The notes below the pieces were generated by a model. It ran no database searches, was not told the DNA's origin, and was given only the letters and a program-made list of their open reading frames with translations. Positions 36,869 through 47,832 of a stretch of 64,000 bases of DNA are shown in pieces; position 1 is the stretch's first letter; every line of letters begins with the position of its first letter. Source of the DNA: an uncultured Bacteroidota bacterium (GTDB lineage: Bacteria > Bacteroidota > Bacteroidia > Chitinophagales > Chitinophagaceae); contig CAVSSI010000009.1 of assembly GCA_963730655.1 (NCBI GenBank), forward strand, positions 181,141 to 245,140. The letters run 5' to 3'. Both the position numbers and the translations under genes were made by a program.

Positions 36869-39707
36869 ATGTCATCTACTACCAAGGTCAAAAAGGTTTC
36901 TTCCGTGCCCGCGTCCATTTTACCCCGGAATTCTATCCAAATAAAGGGTGCCCGGGTGCATAATCTGAAGGATATTTCAGTCGACTTCCCACGCAATAAA
37001 TTTATTGTGGTTACCGGCGTATCAGGATCCGGAAAATCTTCGTTGACGATCGACACGCTATTTGCAGAAGGCCAGCGGCGATATTCGGAAAGCCTGAGCG
37101 CCTACGCCCGCCAGTTTATGGCCCGGATGGATAAACCGGATGTGGACTATATTAAAGGGCTTTGTCCGGCTATCGCCATCGAACAGAAAGTAACTACCCG
37201 TACACCCCGCTCCACGGTGGGTAGTATGACTGAACTCTATGATTATCTCCGCTTATTGTTTGCAAGGGTTGGTAAAACCTATTCTCCCGTATCCGGTAAA
37301 GAGGTTAAAAAGCAGGATGTTCAGGATGTAATCCAAACCATACAGAATGGCACCACCGGGAATAAGGTCCTGATCCTGGTTCCTTTTAAACAACATCCGA
37401 ACCGGAATACGAAAGAAGAACTCAATATTTTATTGCAGAAAGGCTTCAGCAGACTTTATATTAACCAGGAAACCCTGCGTATTGAAGACCTGCTGAATCC
37501 GCCGGACGATTCATCCAAAACGAAAAAACAGGAACCCAAGCTTCCCAAAAATGATTCTTTCCTGCTGATCGACCGGATCCTGGTAAAAGAGTTTGACGAA
37601 GATGACCAGCACCGGCTGGCAGATTCTGTTGATACTGCTTTTTATGAAGGGGAAGGGCAGATGCTGCTGGAGATAAATGGAGAAGAAAGAATCCCATTTT
37701 TCCAACCGGTTTGAAATGGATGGAATTCGGTTTGAAGAACCGGTACCCAATCTGTTTTCTTTCAATAATCCTTATGGTGCCTGCCCGGTCTGTGAAGGTT
37801 TCGGTCAGGTGCTCGGTATTGATGCCGACCTGGTGATTCCCGACAGAAGGCTCAGTTTATTTGAGGGGGCTGTTGCTCCCTGGAAAGGAGAAAAACTGAG
37901 TGCCTGGAAAGATCATTTTATCAGGGCAGCTAAAAAATATGATTTTCCCATTCATAAACCCATTCTGGACCTGACAAAATCACAATATGATTTGTTATGG
38001 GAAGGCAATAAAGAGATCAACGGGATCAATGATTTTTTTAAGGAGGTGGAAAAAAATTTATATAAGGTTCAATACCGGGTTTTGCTTTCCCGTTACCGGG
38101 GCCGGACCAGCTGTCCGGATTGTAAAGGATACCGTCTTCGTCCGGAAGCCTTATATATCAGGATCGGAGGTAAACATATCGGTGAACTTTGCGAGATGCC
38201 TGTGGGTAAATGATCCGAATGGTTTGATGCCCTTAACGCTGAATGCCTTTCAGCAACAGGTGGCCAAACGTATTTTGATAGAAATACACAATCGCCTGAA
38301 AACCCTGCTGGATGTTGGTTTGGGTTATCTTACCCTGAACCGGCTGGCCAATTCCCTGAGTGGTGGGGAAAGCCAGCGCATACAGCTGACCCGGTCACTG
38401 GGAAGTAATCTCACCAATTCATTATATATTCTGGATGAACCATCTATCGGACTTGCATTCCCGGGATACCAGGCGTTTGATCCACGTGTTTAAAGAGCTG
38501 CGCGACCTGGGCAATACCGTTGTGGTGGTGGAGCATGATGAAATGATGATGCGGGAAGCAGATCATATTATTGATATGGGTCCGCTGGCCAGTCACCTCG
38601 GCGGTGAAGTGGTTGCAGCAGGCGATTATGAAACCATCATTAAAAATGAAAAAAGCCTTACCGGAAAATATCTGCGGGGAGATCTTAAAATTGAACCTCC
38701 CGAAAAGATTCGTAAAGCCAGGCAATTTATCGTTGTCAATGGTGCCCGACAGCATAATCTGAAAAATATTACAGGTTTAATTTCCTTTGAATGTGCTTTG
38801 TGTGGTGAGCGGGGTAAGCGGAAGTGGAAAAACAACCCTGGTAAAACAAATTTTATATCCTGCATTACAAAAACTAAAAGGGGAGTTTGCAGATAAAGTA
38901 GGAATGCATTTGTCCATAACCGGTGATATCGATTCTATCAGTCAGATTGAAATGGTGGATCAGAATCCGATTGGGAAATCTTCCCGCAGTAATCCCGTAA
39001 CCTATGTTAAAGCCTATGATGAGATTCGTGAACTGTTTTCAAAACAGCCCCTCAGCAAAATCCGCGGCTTTCAGCCAAAACATTTTTCTTTTAATGTGGA
39101 TGGTGGCCGTTGCGATACCTGTAAAGGGGAAGGCGAGCAGGTAGTGGAAATGCAATTCCTGGCTGATGTGCACCTGACCTGTGAAGTCTGCGGTGGCAAA
39201 CGGTTTAAAGAAGAAGTGCTGGAAGTACAGTATCGGGGGAAAAATATTTATGACATTCTGGAACTGAGTGTGGATGATGCCCTTGAATTTTTTAAAGATG
39301 AAAAAGATATCCTTCAAAAATTAAAACCGCTGAGTAGTGTCGGACTGGGTTATGTGAAACTCGGACAATCGTCAGATACGTTATCCGGAGGGGAAGCCCA
39401 GCGTGTGAAACTTGCTTCTTTTCTGGGCAAAGGCAAAAGCCTGGGTCATATACTTTTTATTTTTGACGAACCCACCACAGGTCTCCATTTTCATGATATC
39501 CGAAAACTGCTTACTTCTTTCAACGCCCTGATCGATCAGGGTCATTCCGTTTTAGTGGTGGAACACAATACCGATGTGATCCGTTCGGCAGACTGGGTAA
39601 TTGATCTCGGTCCGGATGCCGGCGATGCCGGCGGAAACCTGGTGTATGAGGGTATTCCATCGGGACTGAAGAAAGTGAAGGAGAGTTTTACCGGGAAATA
39701 CCTTTAA
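36869..39707 (+). CDS. uvrA: Excinuclease ABC subunit UvrA (frameshifted)
   Basis: GARVHNLK, two GVSGSGK Walker A motifs, [15 protein letters not shown] x2, zinc-finger CxxC pairs. Confidence 0.95.
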
Positions 39708-39708
39708 C

Positions 39709-39798
39709 AGTGTGAGAGTGTGAGAGTGTGAGAGTGTGAGAGTGTGAGGAGTGAAATTGCCCTATTCTCACACTCTCACACTCTCACACTCTCACACT
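39709..39798. repeat. Perfect inverted 8-bp arrays (AGTGTGAG x5 / CTCACACT x4)
   Basis: 39709-39748 and 39767-39798, 18-nt spacer, between convergent stop codons. Confidence 0.95.
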
Positions 39799-40216
39799 AT
39801 CTAAGCCTATCCAGGCTCTTCACCAGCTTCTGGTCTTTAAAAATTCCGCGGGTTGCCAGGAAGAAGAATACCGGAATCAAAAACACAAGGATGGCCGTAA
39901 GGTCATAATTCCCGACGGCGAATTTGGGGATTTGCTTAAAATACAGGAAGATATTCAGTAGGGATAACAGGATTCCCAGAATCGCCAGACGGGCCTGAAG
40001 TTTCCGGTTTTTATACAGGAAGATATCAATTGCCGCAATACATACCAGGGCGACGGTAAGGATCAGTATCATTATATTGAATCCGGCAGTCAGGTATTGA
40101 AAACTGGATGGTTGCCCGGCCGTTTCAATATTTCCACTGTAAAAAGAAAATTTAATCGTCAGGAAAGCAAATATGGCAGCAAGCAGGAGCCATACGGATT
40201 GCATTCTTTGCAACAT
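39797..40216 (-). CDS. DUF4293-family membrane protein
   Basis: MLQRMQSVWL, IFLYKNRKLQ, KDQKLVKSLDRLR; 4 TM segments. Confidence 0.85.
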   Translation of the reverse strand: MLQRMQSVWLLLAAIFAFLTIKFSFYSGNIETAGQPSSFQYLTAGFNIMILILTVALVCIAAIDIFLYKNRKLQARLAILGILLSLLNIFLYFKQIPKFAVGNYDLTAILVFLIPVFFFLATRGIFKDQKLVKSLDRLR

Positions 40217-40501
40217 AAAATTTAGATTTTTCGACTACAAGTTATTTAAAATAATTCAGATCCATGGGGCGATGAATGTGCTTCTGGCTCTCCGGAACCA
40301 GCCCTGGCTATCTTTTTCCGGAATATCACCAATTGAATTATCTTTAGTTAGCGTAGCCCCTGTCAGATACCGGAATAATAATCGTAAAAAATAAATCTCA
40401 GGATCCTCCCTGCGGAATGAATTCCATCTAACCCTGTTGAAGATATTCTATTCTCTGCTTAGAAACCACATTCTTAATGTATCACCTAAAAATCAATTAA
40501 C

Positions 40502-41017
40502 ATGAAAAGCAAATCATTGCGTTTATCAACTTCCTTCCCCGGAATACTTATCGGAACATTGCTGCTCTTAATGGTTGGGTGCAATAATCAGCCCGTTGAC
40601 CAGGTAAGCATGGACAAGGGTGAAATGAACAAGAAGGCTGATTCAAACAAAATGGTCAGCTGGCTCGGCTTAAAAGTGGAATTCAAACCAAATATTAACG
40701 CAGAAATGAAGGACAGATCAATCCGCGCAGTCGAATCCATAATAATGGATTCAGTAAAAACACTAAGACAGAAATTCCCTGCCTTTTCCCCAACTATTTG
40801 CGTAGGTAAAAGTTTTTTCGTCGACTCCCAGACGTATACGGTCAATACCATGTACCCCTTGAGTGTTGCTGCATCCTTACCAGATACGACCTGCCTATGC
40901 AAGAATCAGTGCGGCATTTGCAGGACAATGATGAATCTTATCATTCATTCCGGCGACCCAGCCTTTCAATCCATAAAACGCATATCGGATATGGATCAGA
41001 TGGACTATTTCCATTAA
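40502..41017 (+). CDS. Hypothetical lipoprotein with Cys cluster
   Basis: Lipobox LMVGC; CLCKNQCGIC near the C-terminus; uninterrupted 171 aa. Confidence 0.75.
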   Translation: MKSKSLRLSTSFPGILIGTLLLLMVGCNNQPVDQVSMDKGEMNKKADSNKMVSWLGLKVEFKPNINAEMKDRSIRAVESIIMDSVKTLRQKFPAFSPTICVGKSFFVDSQTYTVNTMYPLSVAASLPDTTCLCKNQCGICRTMMNLIIHSGDPAFQSIKRISDMDQMDYFH

Positions 41018-41075
41018 AGGAAAAGAAATTCAAACCAGTTGATAAAAAGGCTTGCAAAACATAAATACTTTTTAC

Positions 41076-43886
41076 ATGCGGGTTTTCGCCTTTGCCCTGA
41101 TTTATTTAATGCTCTTACAACCTGAATCCCTGAAAGGGCAATGCCTGAACAGGGATTCTCTGTGGAACAGGATGGCTTTACTTCAAAAATCCTCTATTCC
41201 GTATGCAGATCAGCTAAAAGAATATTTAAGGAACGATAGTCTATGGAAAATTTGTTCTCCGGGTCCTGATTCTATAAGTGTTTCTCTCCTGCTGAATATA
41301 GGGATTACCTATTTCTGGCTTGCGGACTATGTGCATGCTGTCCGGTATACCAGGGAGGCGCTGGATCTTATCCAGGCAAATGCGGATAATCCTGCAATCA
41401 ACACTAAAATTCTCGGCAAATATTATTACTACTTGTCTATCTATTATGATTCCCTGAAAATGCCTTTGGAGAGATATACAGCCATAGACAGTGTCATATC
41501 CAATGAATTGAAAATAAACGGAGATTATCATTATGCTTCCCTTGTTTTACAGGCCAACGTAAGAAATCTTTATAGCAAAGGTGATTACTACCTCTGCCTG
41601 GAACGTGCTACCCTCGGGGAAACGCTGATACATAAATTTTACAGGTATGAGGACAGTATGAACTATGTAATTTATTTTATTTACTACCAGGCAAATGCTT
41701 TACGATTACTTAAAAAGTTTGCAGAGGAGGAAAAGCTTCTTGCAAGTAAAAAATCAGAATTCCAGAAATCAAAAAACAAGGATTACGTAGGAGTAATTTT
41801 CAGTTTATTCGGAAACATGTTTGTGTCGAGGGGTGATTTTCAAAACGCCATAAAATATTTTCAGAAAGCCTATGAAAATGACGTGGCATCTAAATACGGA
41901 GAAATCAGTTCCGATGTTTTGGATCAGATGGGTACGATTTATTCAGAAAAATTGGGACAGCACCGGCGGGCACTTCAATATTTTAATAAAGCACTTCACC
42001 ATGCCCGTTATAAAGTTGTTTCGAATGCGGCTGTTTCGGATTCATTTTATATACTGGGGGATATTGCGAATGTTTATGTGCGACTAAAATTATTTGATTC
42101 GGCATTTTATTTTTTTCAAAGTGCTTTTGATAAAATCCGGCCAGGCATGCATGAGTCGGATTTAGTGCTGGACCTGGAGAACTTTGTCAATGTAAATACC
42201 GTAGAAGCGGTAATTAAACTCGTACTAAGCAAAGGCAATGCTTATTTGCAGCTTTATAAAGACAGGAAGAACCCTGATGCCCTGGCACAGGCACTAAAAG
42301 TTTTTAAAACAGCAGATCACCTGCTTACAAAAATCAGGGAGGAACAGGCTGAAATTCAATCGAGGTTATTTTGGCAGATGGATGCCCATAGTTTGTATGA
42401 GCATGCAGTGGAGGCAGCTTATCTGCAAAACAATATTGCAGATGCTTTTTATTTTTTTGAAAAAAGCAGGGCGGTCCTGTTAAATGACCAGTTGAATCAG
42501 GATAATAAAATATCAAACGGAAACATTCAAAGCCAGGCACAACTGAAAAGGAAAATATTGCTGCTGGAGCGGGAAAGGGAAATCACGGATATATCTACTA
42601 CCAGGGGAGTTGAAATTCAAAAGGAATTGCTTGCCGGTAAGCAGGCGTTAGCGAGGCTGGGCAATTCTATCCGGAGTAATAACCCTTTATATTATCAAAG
42701 TACGGAGAATACCGTTTTTGTCTCCTTACCGGATATCCGGAAAGGGGTTCTGCGGGATCATGCCGGCCTGCTGGAAATATTTTCTGGTGACAGTGCCTGC
42801 TATTCGGTCTTTATAACAAAAGACAATGCTTTTTTCCACCGGATAAGTAAGCCTGATTTCGACAGCACGGTTAATTTGTTCATCATGCTTCTTTCCAATT
42901 CCTCGCTAATGAACAGGCATTTCGACAGGTATGTCCTTACAGCCCGCCATTTATATCAGCTGATCTTCGGGGAAATATTGGTCCCGGATGGCCGGATCAT
43001 CATATCGCCTGATGAAAAATATTTTCCATTTGAAGCGTTGGTGGTAAACGCAGGCACTAGTTCCCCGGATTATTTTTTGAACAAACACGCCGTGAGTTAT
43101 ACGTATTCGGCCAGATATCTTCTTACGAATTTTGCAGGCAATTCCTCCAAAGAGCCCGGGAATTTTCTGGGAGTGGCCCCTGTCAATTATGTTTCGGGTT
43201 CAGAACTGGCGGCCCTGAAGGGTAGTGATCTTTCACTCCTGCGCATAGAGGATTATTTTGATAATGCACAGACCCTGATTTCCGCCAAGGCGTCCAAAAG
43301 AAACTTTCAGCAAACGTTTTCAGATTATAAGATTATACAGTTGTATACGCATGCTTCGGACAACAGTAATCAGGGTGAACCGGTCATTTTTTTTGCGGAT
43401 TCAGCACTATATCTTTCTGATCTTATACCGGAAACTTTACCCCGAACGCAGTTGATCGTTTTATCGGCATGTGAAACGGGGAAGGGAAAAGTATACCAGG
43501 GAGAAGGGGTGTTCAGCTTCAACCGGGGTTTCGCTTCCATGGGTATACCGGCTTCGATCACCAATTTATGGGCTGTGGACAATAAATCCACCTACCAGAT
43601 CACGGAACAACTATACAAATACCTGGCCGGTGGCCTGCCTGTTGACATTGCCCTCCAGCGGGCAAAACTGGATTTTGTACGGCAGGCTTCCAGGGAAAAC
43701 AAATTACCCTTTTATTGGGCGGCGACCATTCTCGCCGGTAAATCAGATAAGATAGCACTGGATAAAAATTTCCCCTGGAAGGATCTCCTGATCATCACCA
43801 GCCTGGTAGGATTATCTTTTTTAGCTTATCAAAAGGGAAAAGGAACCGGGAAAACAAAATTTCATAAACAGGGTATAAAAAGTTAA
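41076..43886 (+). CDS. TPR-CHAT (caspase-like) domain protein with signal peptide and C-terminal TM
   Basis: TPR-like helices; IISPD..FPFEAL, QLYTHAS (His), VLSACETG (Cys), NLWAVDN, PFYWAA; TM LLIITSLVGLSFLAY. Confidence 0.9.
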   Translation: MRVFAFALIYLMLLQPESLKGQCLNRDSLWNRMALLQKSSIPYADQLKEYLRNDSLWKICSPGPDSISVSLLLNIGITYFWLADYVHAVRYTREALDLIQANADNPAINTKILGKYYYYLSIYYDSLKMPLERYTAIDSVISNELKINGDYHYASLVLQANVRNLYSKGDYYLCLERATLGETLIHKFYRYEDSMNYVIYFIYYQANALRLLKKFAEEEKLLASKKSEFQKSKNKDYVGVIFSLFGNMFVSRGDFQNAIKYFQKAYENDVASKYGEISSDVLDQMGTIYSEKLGQHRRALQYFNKALHHARYKVVSNAAVSDSFYILGDIANVYVRLKLFDSAFYFFQSAFDKIRPGMHESDLVLDLENFVNVNTVEAVIKLVLSKGNAYLQLYKDRKNPDALAQALKVFKTADHLLTKIREEQAEIQSRLFWQMDAHSLYEHAVEAAYLQNNIADAFYFFEKSRAVLLNDQLNQDNKISNGNIQSQAQLKRKILLLEREREITDISTTRGVEIQKELLAGKQALARLGNSIRSNNPLYYQSTENTVFVSLPDIRKGVLRDHAGLLEIFSGDSACYSVFITKDNAFFHRISKPDFDSTVNLFIMLLSNSSLMNRHFDRYVLTARHLYQLIFGEILVPDGRIIISPDEKYFPFEALVVNAGTSSPDYFLNKHAVSYTYSARYLLTNFAGNSSKEPGNFLGVAPVNYVSGSELAALKGSDLSLLRIEDYFDNAQTLISAKASKRNFQQTFSDYKIIQLYTHASDNSNQGEPVIFFADSALYLSDLIPETLPRTQLIVLSACETGKGKVYQGEGVFSFNRGFASMGIPASITNLWAVDNKSTYQITEQLYKYLAGGLPVDIALQRAKLDFVRQASRENKLPFYWAATILAGKSDKIALDKNFPWKDLLIITSLVGLSFLAYQKGKGTGKTKFHKQGIKS

Positions 43887-43918
43887 CTTTCTTGGCTTTT
43901 TAACCACAAACCTTGGTT

Positions 43919-44128
43919 ATGAAAAAACAGTTACCTATTCTCCCTGCATTACTCCTGCTTTGCTTTCTTATCGGGAGTGCCTGTAAAAAGGAAAATGTAC
44001 AACCGAACCAGAAGCAAAATTCAACTAATGTGAATCAGCATTCTTCTGCCAGTTCGGGAACACCAGCTGAAACTCCTCCGCCCAATGATGGATCTTCTCA
44101 TGGAGGATGCTCGAGCGGCGGTCACTGA
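43919..44128 (+). CDS. Small lipoprotein, 69 aa
   Basis: MKKQLPILPALLLLCFLIGSA-CKK lipobox; low-complexity body; ends GSSHGGCSSGGH. Confidence 0.7.
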   Translation: MKKQLPILPALLLLCFLIGSACKKENVQPNQKQNSTNVNQHSSASSGTPAETPPPNDGSSHGGCSSGGH

Positions 44129-44156
44129 TCAGTTGGAAAACGATTTATTCTTTTTT

Positions 44157-45437
44157 CTATCCCAGCTCGGGGTACAAAGGAAACTGTTGCATATAGGCAT
44201 TGATCTTTTTACGGATTTCTGCCAATACGGGTTCTTCTTCCGGATGCAGAATAGCTTCATCAATAAAATCTACAATACGGCTCATATGTTCCTCTTTCAT
44301 ACCCCGGGTGGTTATGGCTGGAACACCTACGCGGATTCCGGAAGTAATGAAAGCGCTTTTATCATCGAAGGGCACCATATTCTTATTAACGGTAATTTCT
44401 GCTTTTCCCAGGGCGATCTCGGCTTTTTTCCCACTGATATTTTTATTCCTCAGGTCAATCAGCAGTAAATGATTATCTGTTCCGCCTGAAACGATATCAT
44501 ATCCCTTTTTGGTGAAACAGGCACTCATGGCCTGGGCATTTAGGATAATCTGTTTTGCATAATCCAGAAATTCCTCCGTAAGGATTTCGCCGAAGGCAAT
44601 GGCTTTTGCTGCAATCACGTGTTCGAGCGGACCGCCCTGTATACCGGGAAAAACGGCCATATCCATCAGGTTACTCATGGGGCGGATATTTCCCTTGTTA
44701 TCCTTTAACCCAAATGGATTGTCAAAATCTTTCTTCATCATGATGATGCCTCCTCTGGGACCCCGAAGGGTTTTATGTGTGGTGGAGGTAACAATATGAC
44801 AATGGTCGAATGGAGAACTGAGTAATTTTTTTGCAATCAGTCCGGCAGGATGCGCCATATCACACATAACCAGGGCACCAACCTTATCTGCAATCTGCCG
44901 GATCCGGGGATAATCCCAATCACGGCTGTATGCAGAAGCACCACAGATAATCATTTTTGGTTTTTCCTGCAGGGCCACTTTTTCCATGCTTTCGTAATCC
45001 ACCCGGCCGTCTTCTTTCTTCACACCATAAAAATGCGGCTGGTATAATTTGCCGGAAAAATTAACCGCCGAGCCATGGGTCAGGTGTCCCCCCATACTCA
45101 GGTCAAGTCCGAGGATCTTATCCCCGGGCTGGAGAACGGCCAGGCAAACCGCTGCATTAGCCTGCGCTCCGCTATGCGGCTGCACATTGGCATATTCGCA
45201 GTCAAATATTTTCTTCAGCCGGTCAATGGCCAGCTGTTCTGTCTGATCCACAATTTCACACCCGCCATAATACCGGCGTCCGGGATATCCTTCTGCATAT
45301 TTATTGGTCATCACATTTCCCATCGCCTGCATCACCTGCAGAGAAGTAAAATTTTCGGAGGCAATCAGTTCAATACCATGCCTTTGGCGATCAAGTTCTT
45401 TCTGAATGAGGTCGAAAACGAGCTGGTCTCTTTGCAT
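44157..45437 (-). CDS. glyA: Serine hydroxymethyltransferase
   Basis: [53 protein letters not shown]; probable ATG 45437. Confidence 0.97.
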   Translation of the reverse strand: MQRDQLVFDLIQKELDRQRHGIELIASENFTSLQVMQAMGNVMTNKYAEGYPGRRYYGGCEIVDQTEQLAIDRLKKIFDCEYANVQPHSGAQANAAVCLAVLQPGDKILGLDLSMGGHLTHGSAVNFSGKLYQPHFYGVKKEDGRVDYESMEKVALQEKPKMIICGASAYSRDWDYPRIRQIADKVGALVMCDMAHPAGLIAKKLLSSPFDHCHIVTSTTHKTLRGPRGGIIMMKKDFDNPFGLKDNKGNIRPMSNLMDMAVFPGIQGGPLEHVIAAKAIAFGEILTEEFLDYAKQIILNAQAMSACFTKKGYDIVSGGTDNHLLLIDLRNKNISGKKAEIALGKAEITVNKNMVPFDDKSAFITSGIRVGVPAITTRGMKEEHMSRIVDFIDEAILHPEEEPVLAEIRKKINAYMQQFPLYPELG

Positions 45438-46574
45438 GGCGCAAAAATAGGCCAACTATGAATAAAAGATTCAAGAGGTCCTGATTTGATGAAAGAATTA
45501 TCGGGTATATGCAGGATAAGGTTGATCCTTGAAACAAGGTCCTCCAGGTCAATATCTGTCCGGTTGGAAAAAATGCTGATGCAGTAATCCAGGGACGGAA
45601 TCATGAAAACCACCGTCCTGAATCCACCGTTAAAGCCTGTGTGATAAACTTCTTTTGGGAACTGCGAATCTTTTGACTGCTGACAGAACCATCCGCATCC
45701 ATACCATAATCCGCGGGCGGGTTCCACCGGAGTATGCGGTTGCCAGGCATATTGTATCATTGGCGTTCGTGAAAATTTACCATTTTCTATTGCCTGGCAC
45801 CATTTCATATAATTATCCATGGAGATATAAATTCCTCCATCGGCTTCGGTAGAAAAGAATATGGATTCTTCTGCGTCTGACTTTATAAAATTTCCGTCAG
45901 TCCCCCGTTCATACCCGATAACCCGCTTTGAAATGGGCTGATTCATTTTAAAGACGGAGGCATCCCGGATTCCAAGCGGTTCGAAAACATTTTTTTTCAA
46001 AAAATCCGGATAGGACATACCGCTGATTTTTTCAATCAGCATGCCCAGCAGGCAGTAAGCCGTATTACTATAACGATACCGTGTACCTGAAATAAAATAA
46101 ACTGTGTCAGATTTCTGCAAGGCCGTTAGCACGTCTTTGTCTGTTGCATGTTTCACCAGGTTGGTATCTGTAAATCCATAGTGATCCGGTATACCGGATG
46201 AATGACTCAGCAGTTCACTGATTTTTACAGAAGAGACCGCGGCGGGAAGACGTAAAAAATTTTCCAATCGTATCGGTTAAAGAGAGTTTTCCTTTAAAAC
46301 AAAGATCCAGTAATGCGTAAGCCGTAAACTGCTTGGTCAGCGACCCGATATTAAAATTATCATCGGGACTAATGGGCATACCTGTTTTCAGATCCGCAAG
46401 TCCATAGCCTTTTTTAAACAGGGTTGTCTGATGTTGTTGTATCGCGATCACAGCTCCGGGCAAATTGGATGTATAATATATTTTCATCAGGGAGTCGATA
46501 CTGCCTGTGACAGACTGGCCGGCACCATCGAATAGTAAAAGCTGCAATAGAAAAATGAGCGGCAGGGTTTTCAT
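45365..46574 (-). CDS. Serine hydrolase, beta-lactamase (class C-like) family (one indel near 46260)
   Basis: Signal peptide; GSLTKQF (SxxK), [24 protein letters not shown]. Confidence 0.85.
45442..45449 (-). promoter_or_regulatory. -7 box for glyA, inside the upstream CDS
   Basis: TATTTTTG-CGCC-ATG on minus strand. Confidence 0.55.
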
Positions 46575-46724
46575 TATGATTAATTGACTAAGAACATTTA
46601 ATTTATGAAGGAAAACAGAATTTTCGTGCTTTTGAATGTTTTTTCCTGAACTTTACCCCAACAGGATCAGCCATTACCGCAGAATTAAAAAGGTTTTTTT
46701 CGGCACGATTGGCAAATACTGATT

Positions 46725-47723
46725 ATGAAAGCAATTATTCCCGTAGCAGGCGCTGGTACTAAGTTAAGGCCCCACACATATACTCAACCCAAGGCGCTGA
46801 TACCGCTCGCCGGAAAAACGATTTTGAGCATCATCGTTGACCAGTTACTGGAAGGCGGCATAACCGAATTTATTTTTATTGTCGGATACCTGGGTGCAAA
46901 AATCCAGGATTACGTGAAGGATAAATATCCGCAGCTCCAGTCCAGTTTTGTTTTCCAAACGGAAAGACATGGAATTGGTCAGGCGATATTATTGACTAAA
47001 GAGATTGTGGCAAATGATGAAATATTCATTGTGCTGGGAGATACCATTTGTGAGTTTGATATTAAACCCATCCTGGACAACCCCAGCTCATTACTTGGAG
47101 TGAAAAGGGTAGACGATCCGCGTGATTTTGGTGTAGCTGAAATTGAAGAGGACGGGATCATCAGCCGCGTGGTGGAAAAACCACAGATCCCCAAGTCGAA
47201 TATGGCCCTGGTGGGTATTTATAAAATCCGTGAAACGGAGGCGCTTTTTTCCTGCCTTGAAAATAATATCCGTAACCAGCTTACGAGTTATGGGGAATAT
47301 AATCTTACCGACGCCATTGAATGTATGATACACAATGGTGTAAAATTTGAATCCTTCAAAGTACAGAACTGGTTCGACTGCGGAAAGAAGGATACCCTCC
47401 TGGAATCCAATGCCAAACTGCTCAAAAAATTTGGAAGTAATATTGCACCCGATCATATCCTGGAAAACACAATCGTTATTCATCCGGTGAACATCGCTTC
47501 TGGCTGTACGATTAAGAATTCCATTATTGGTCCCAATGTGGCCATAGGAGAAAAAACAACTATTAATTATTCTATACTGAAAGATTCGATCATCGGATCT
47601 TTTGCAAACCTCTACGATATTGTGCTTACCCATTCACTGATTGGCAGTGATACAGAAGTAAAGGGGGAAAGCCGGAGCCTGAATATCGGGGATAATACGG
47701 AGATTGATTTGGGGGAAAGTTAA
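46725..47723 (+). CDS. Sugar-phosphate nucleotidyltransferase with C-terminal left-handed beta-helix
   Basis: AIIPVAGAGTKLRPHT, PKAL, VLGD, VEKP, WFDCG, hexapeptide repeats. Confidence 0.9.
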   Translation: MKAIIPVAGAGTKLRPHTYTQPKALIPLAGKTILSIIVDQLLEGGITEFIFIVGYLGAKIQDYVKDKYPQLQSSFVFQTERHGIGQAILLTKEIVANDEIFIVLGDTICEFDIKPILDNPSSLLGVKRVDDPRDFGVAEIEEDGIISRVVEKPQIPKSNMALVGIYKIRETEALFSCLENNIRNQLTSYGEYNLTDAIECMIHNGVKFESFKVQNWFDCGKKDTLLESNAKLLKKFGSNIAPDHILENTIVIHPVNIASGCTIKNSIIGPNVAIGEKTTINYSILKDSIIGSFANLYDIVLTHSLIGSDTEVKGESRSLNIGDNTEIDLGES

Positions 47724-47729
47724 TATATT

Positions 47730-47827
47730 AGATGACAGATGACAGATAACAGATGACAGTATTAAGCAAATAGTTGATCAGGTTTTTTAATAAAAACCTG
47801 TCATCTGTTATCTGTCATCTGTTATCT
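47730..47827. repeat. Inverted 7-bp arrays (AGATRAC x4 / CTGTYAT x4)
   Basis: 30-bp arms at 47730-47759 and 47798-47827, one mismatch (G.T). Confidence 0.95.
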
Positions 47828-47832
47828 GGTAA

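Noticed and set aside
46698-46716. sigma54-like CGGCAC upstream of the nucleotidyltransferase
   Set aside because: -12 element has the wrong spacing; no IHF or enhancer sites seen.
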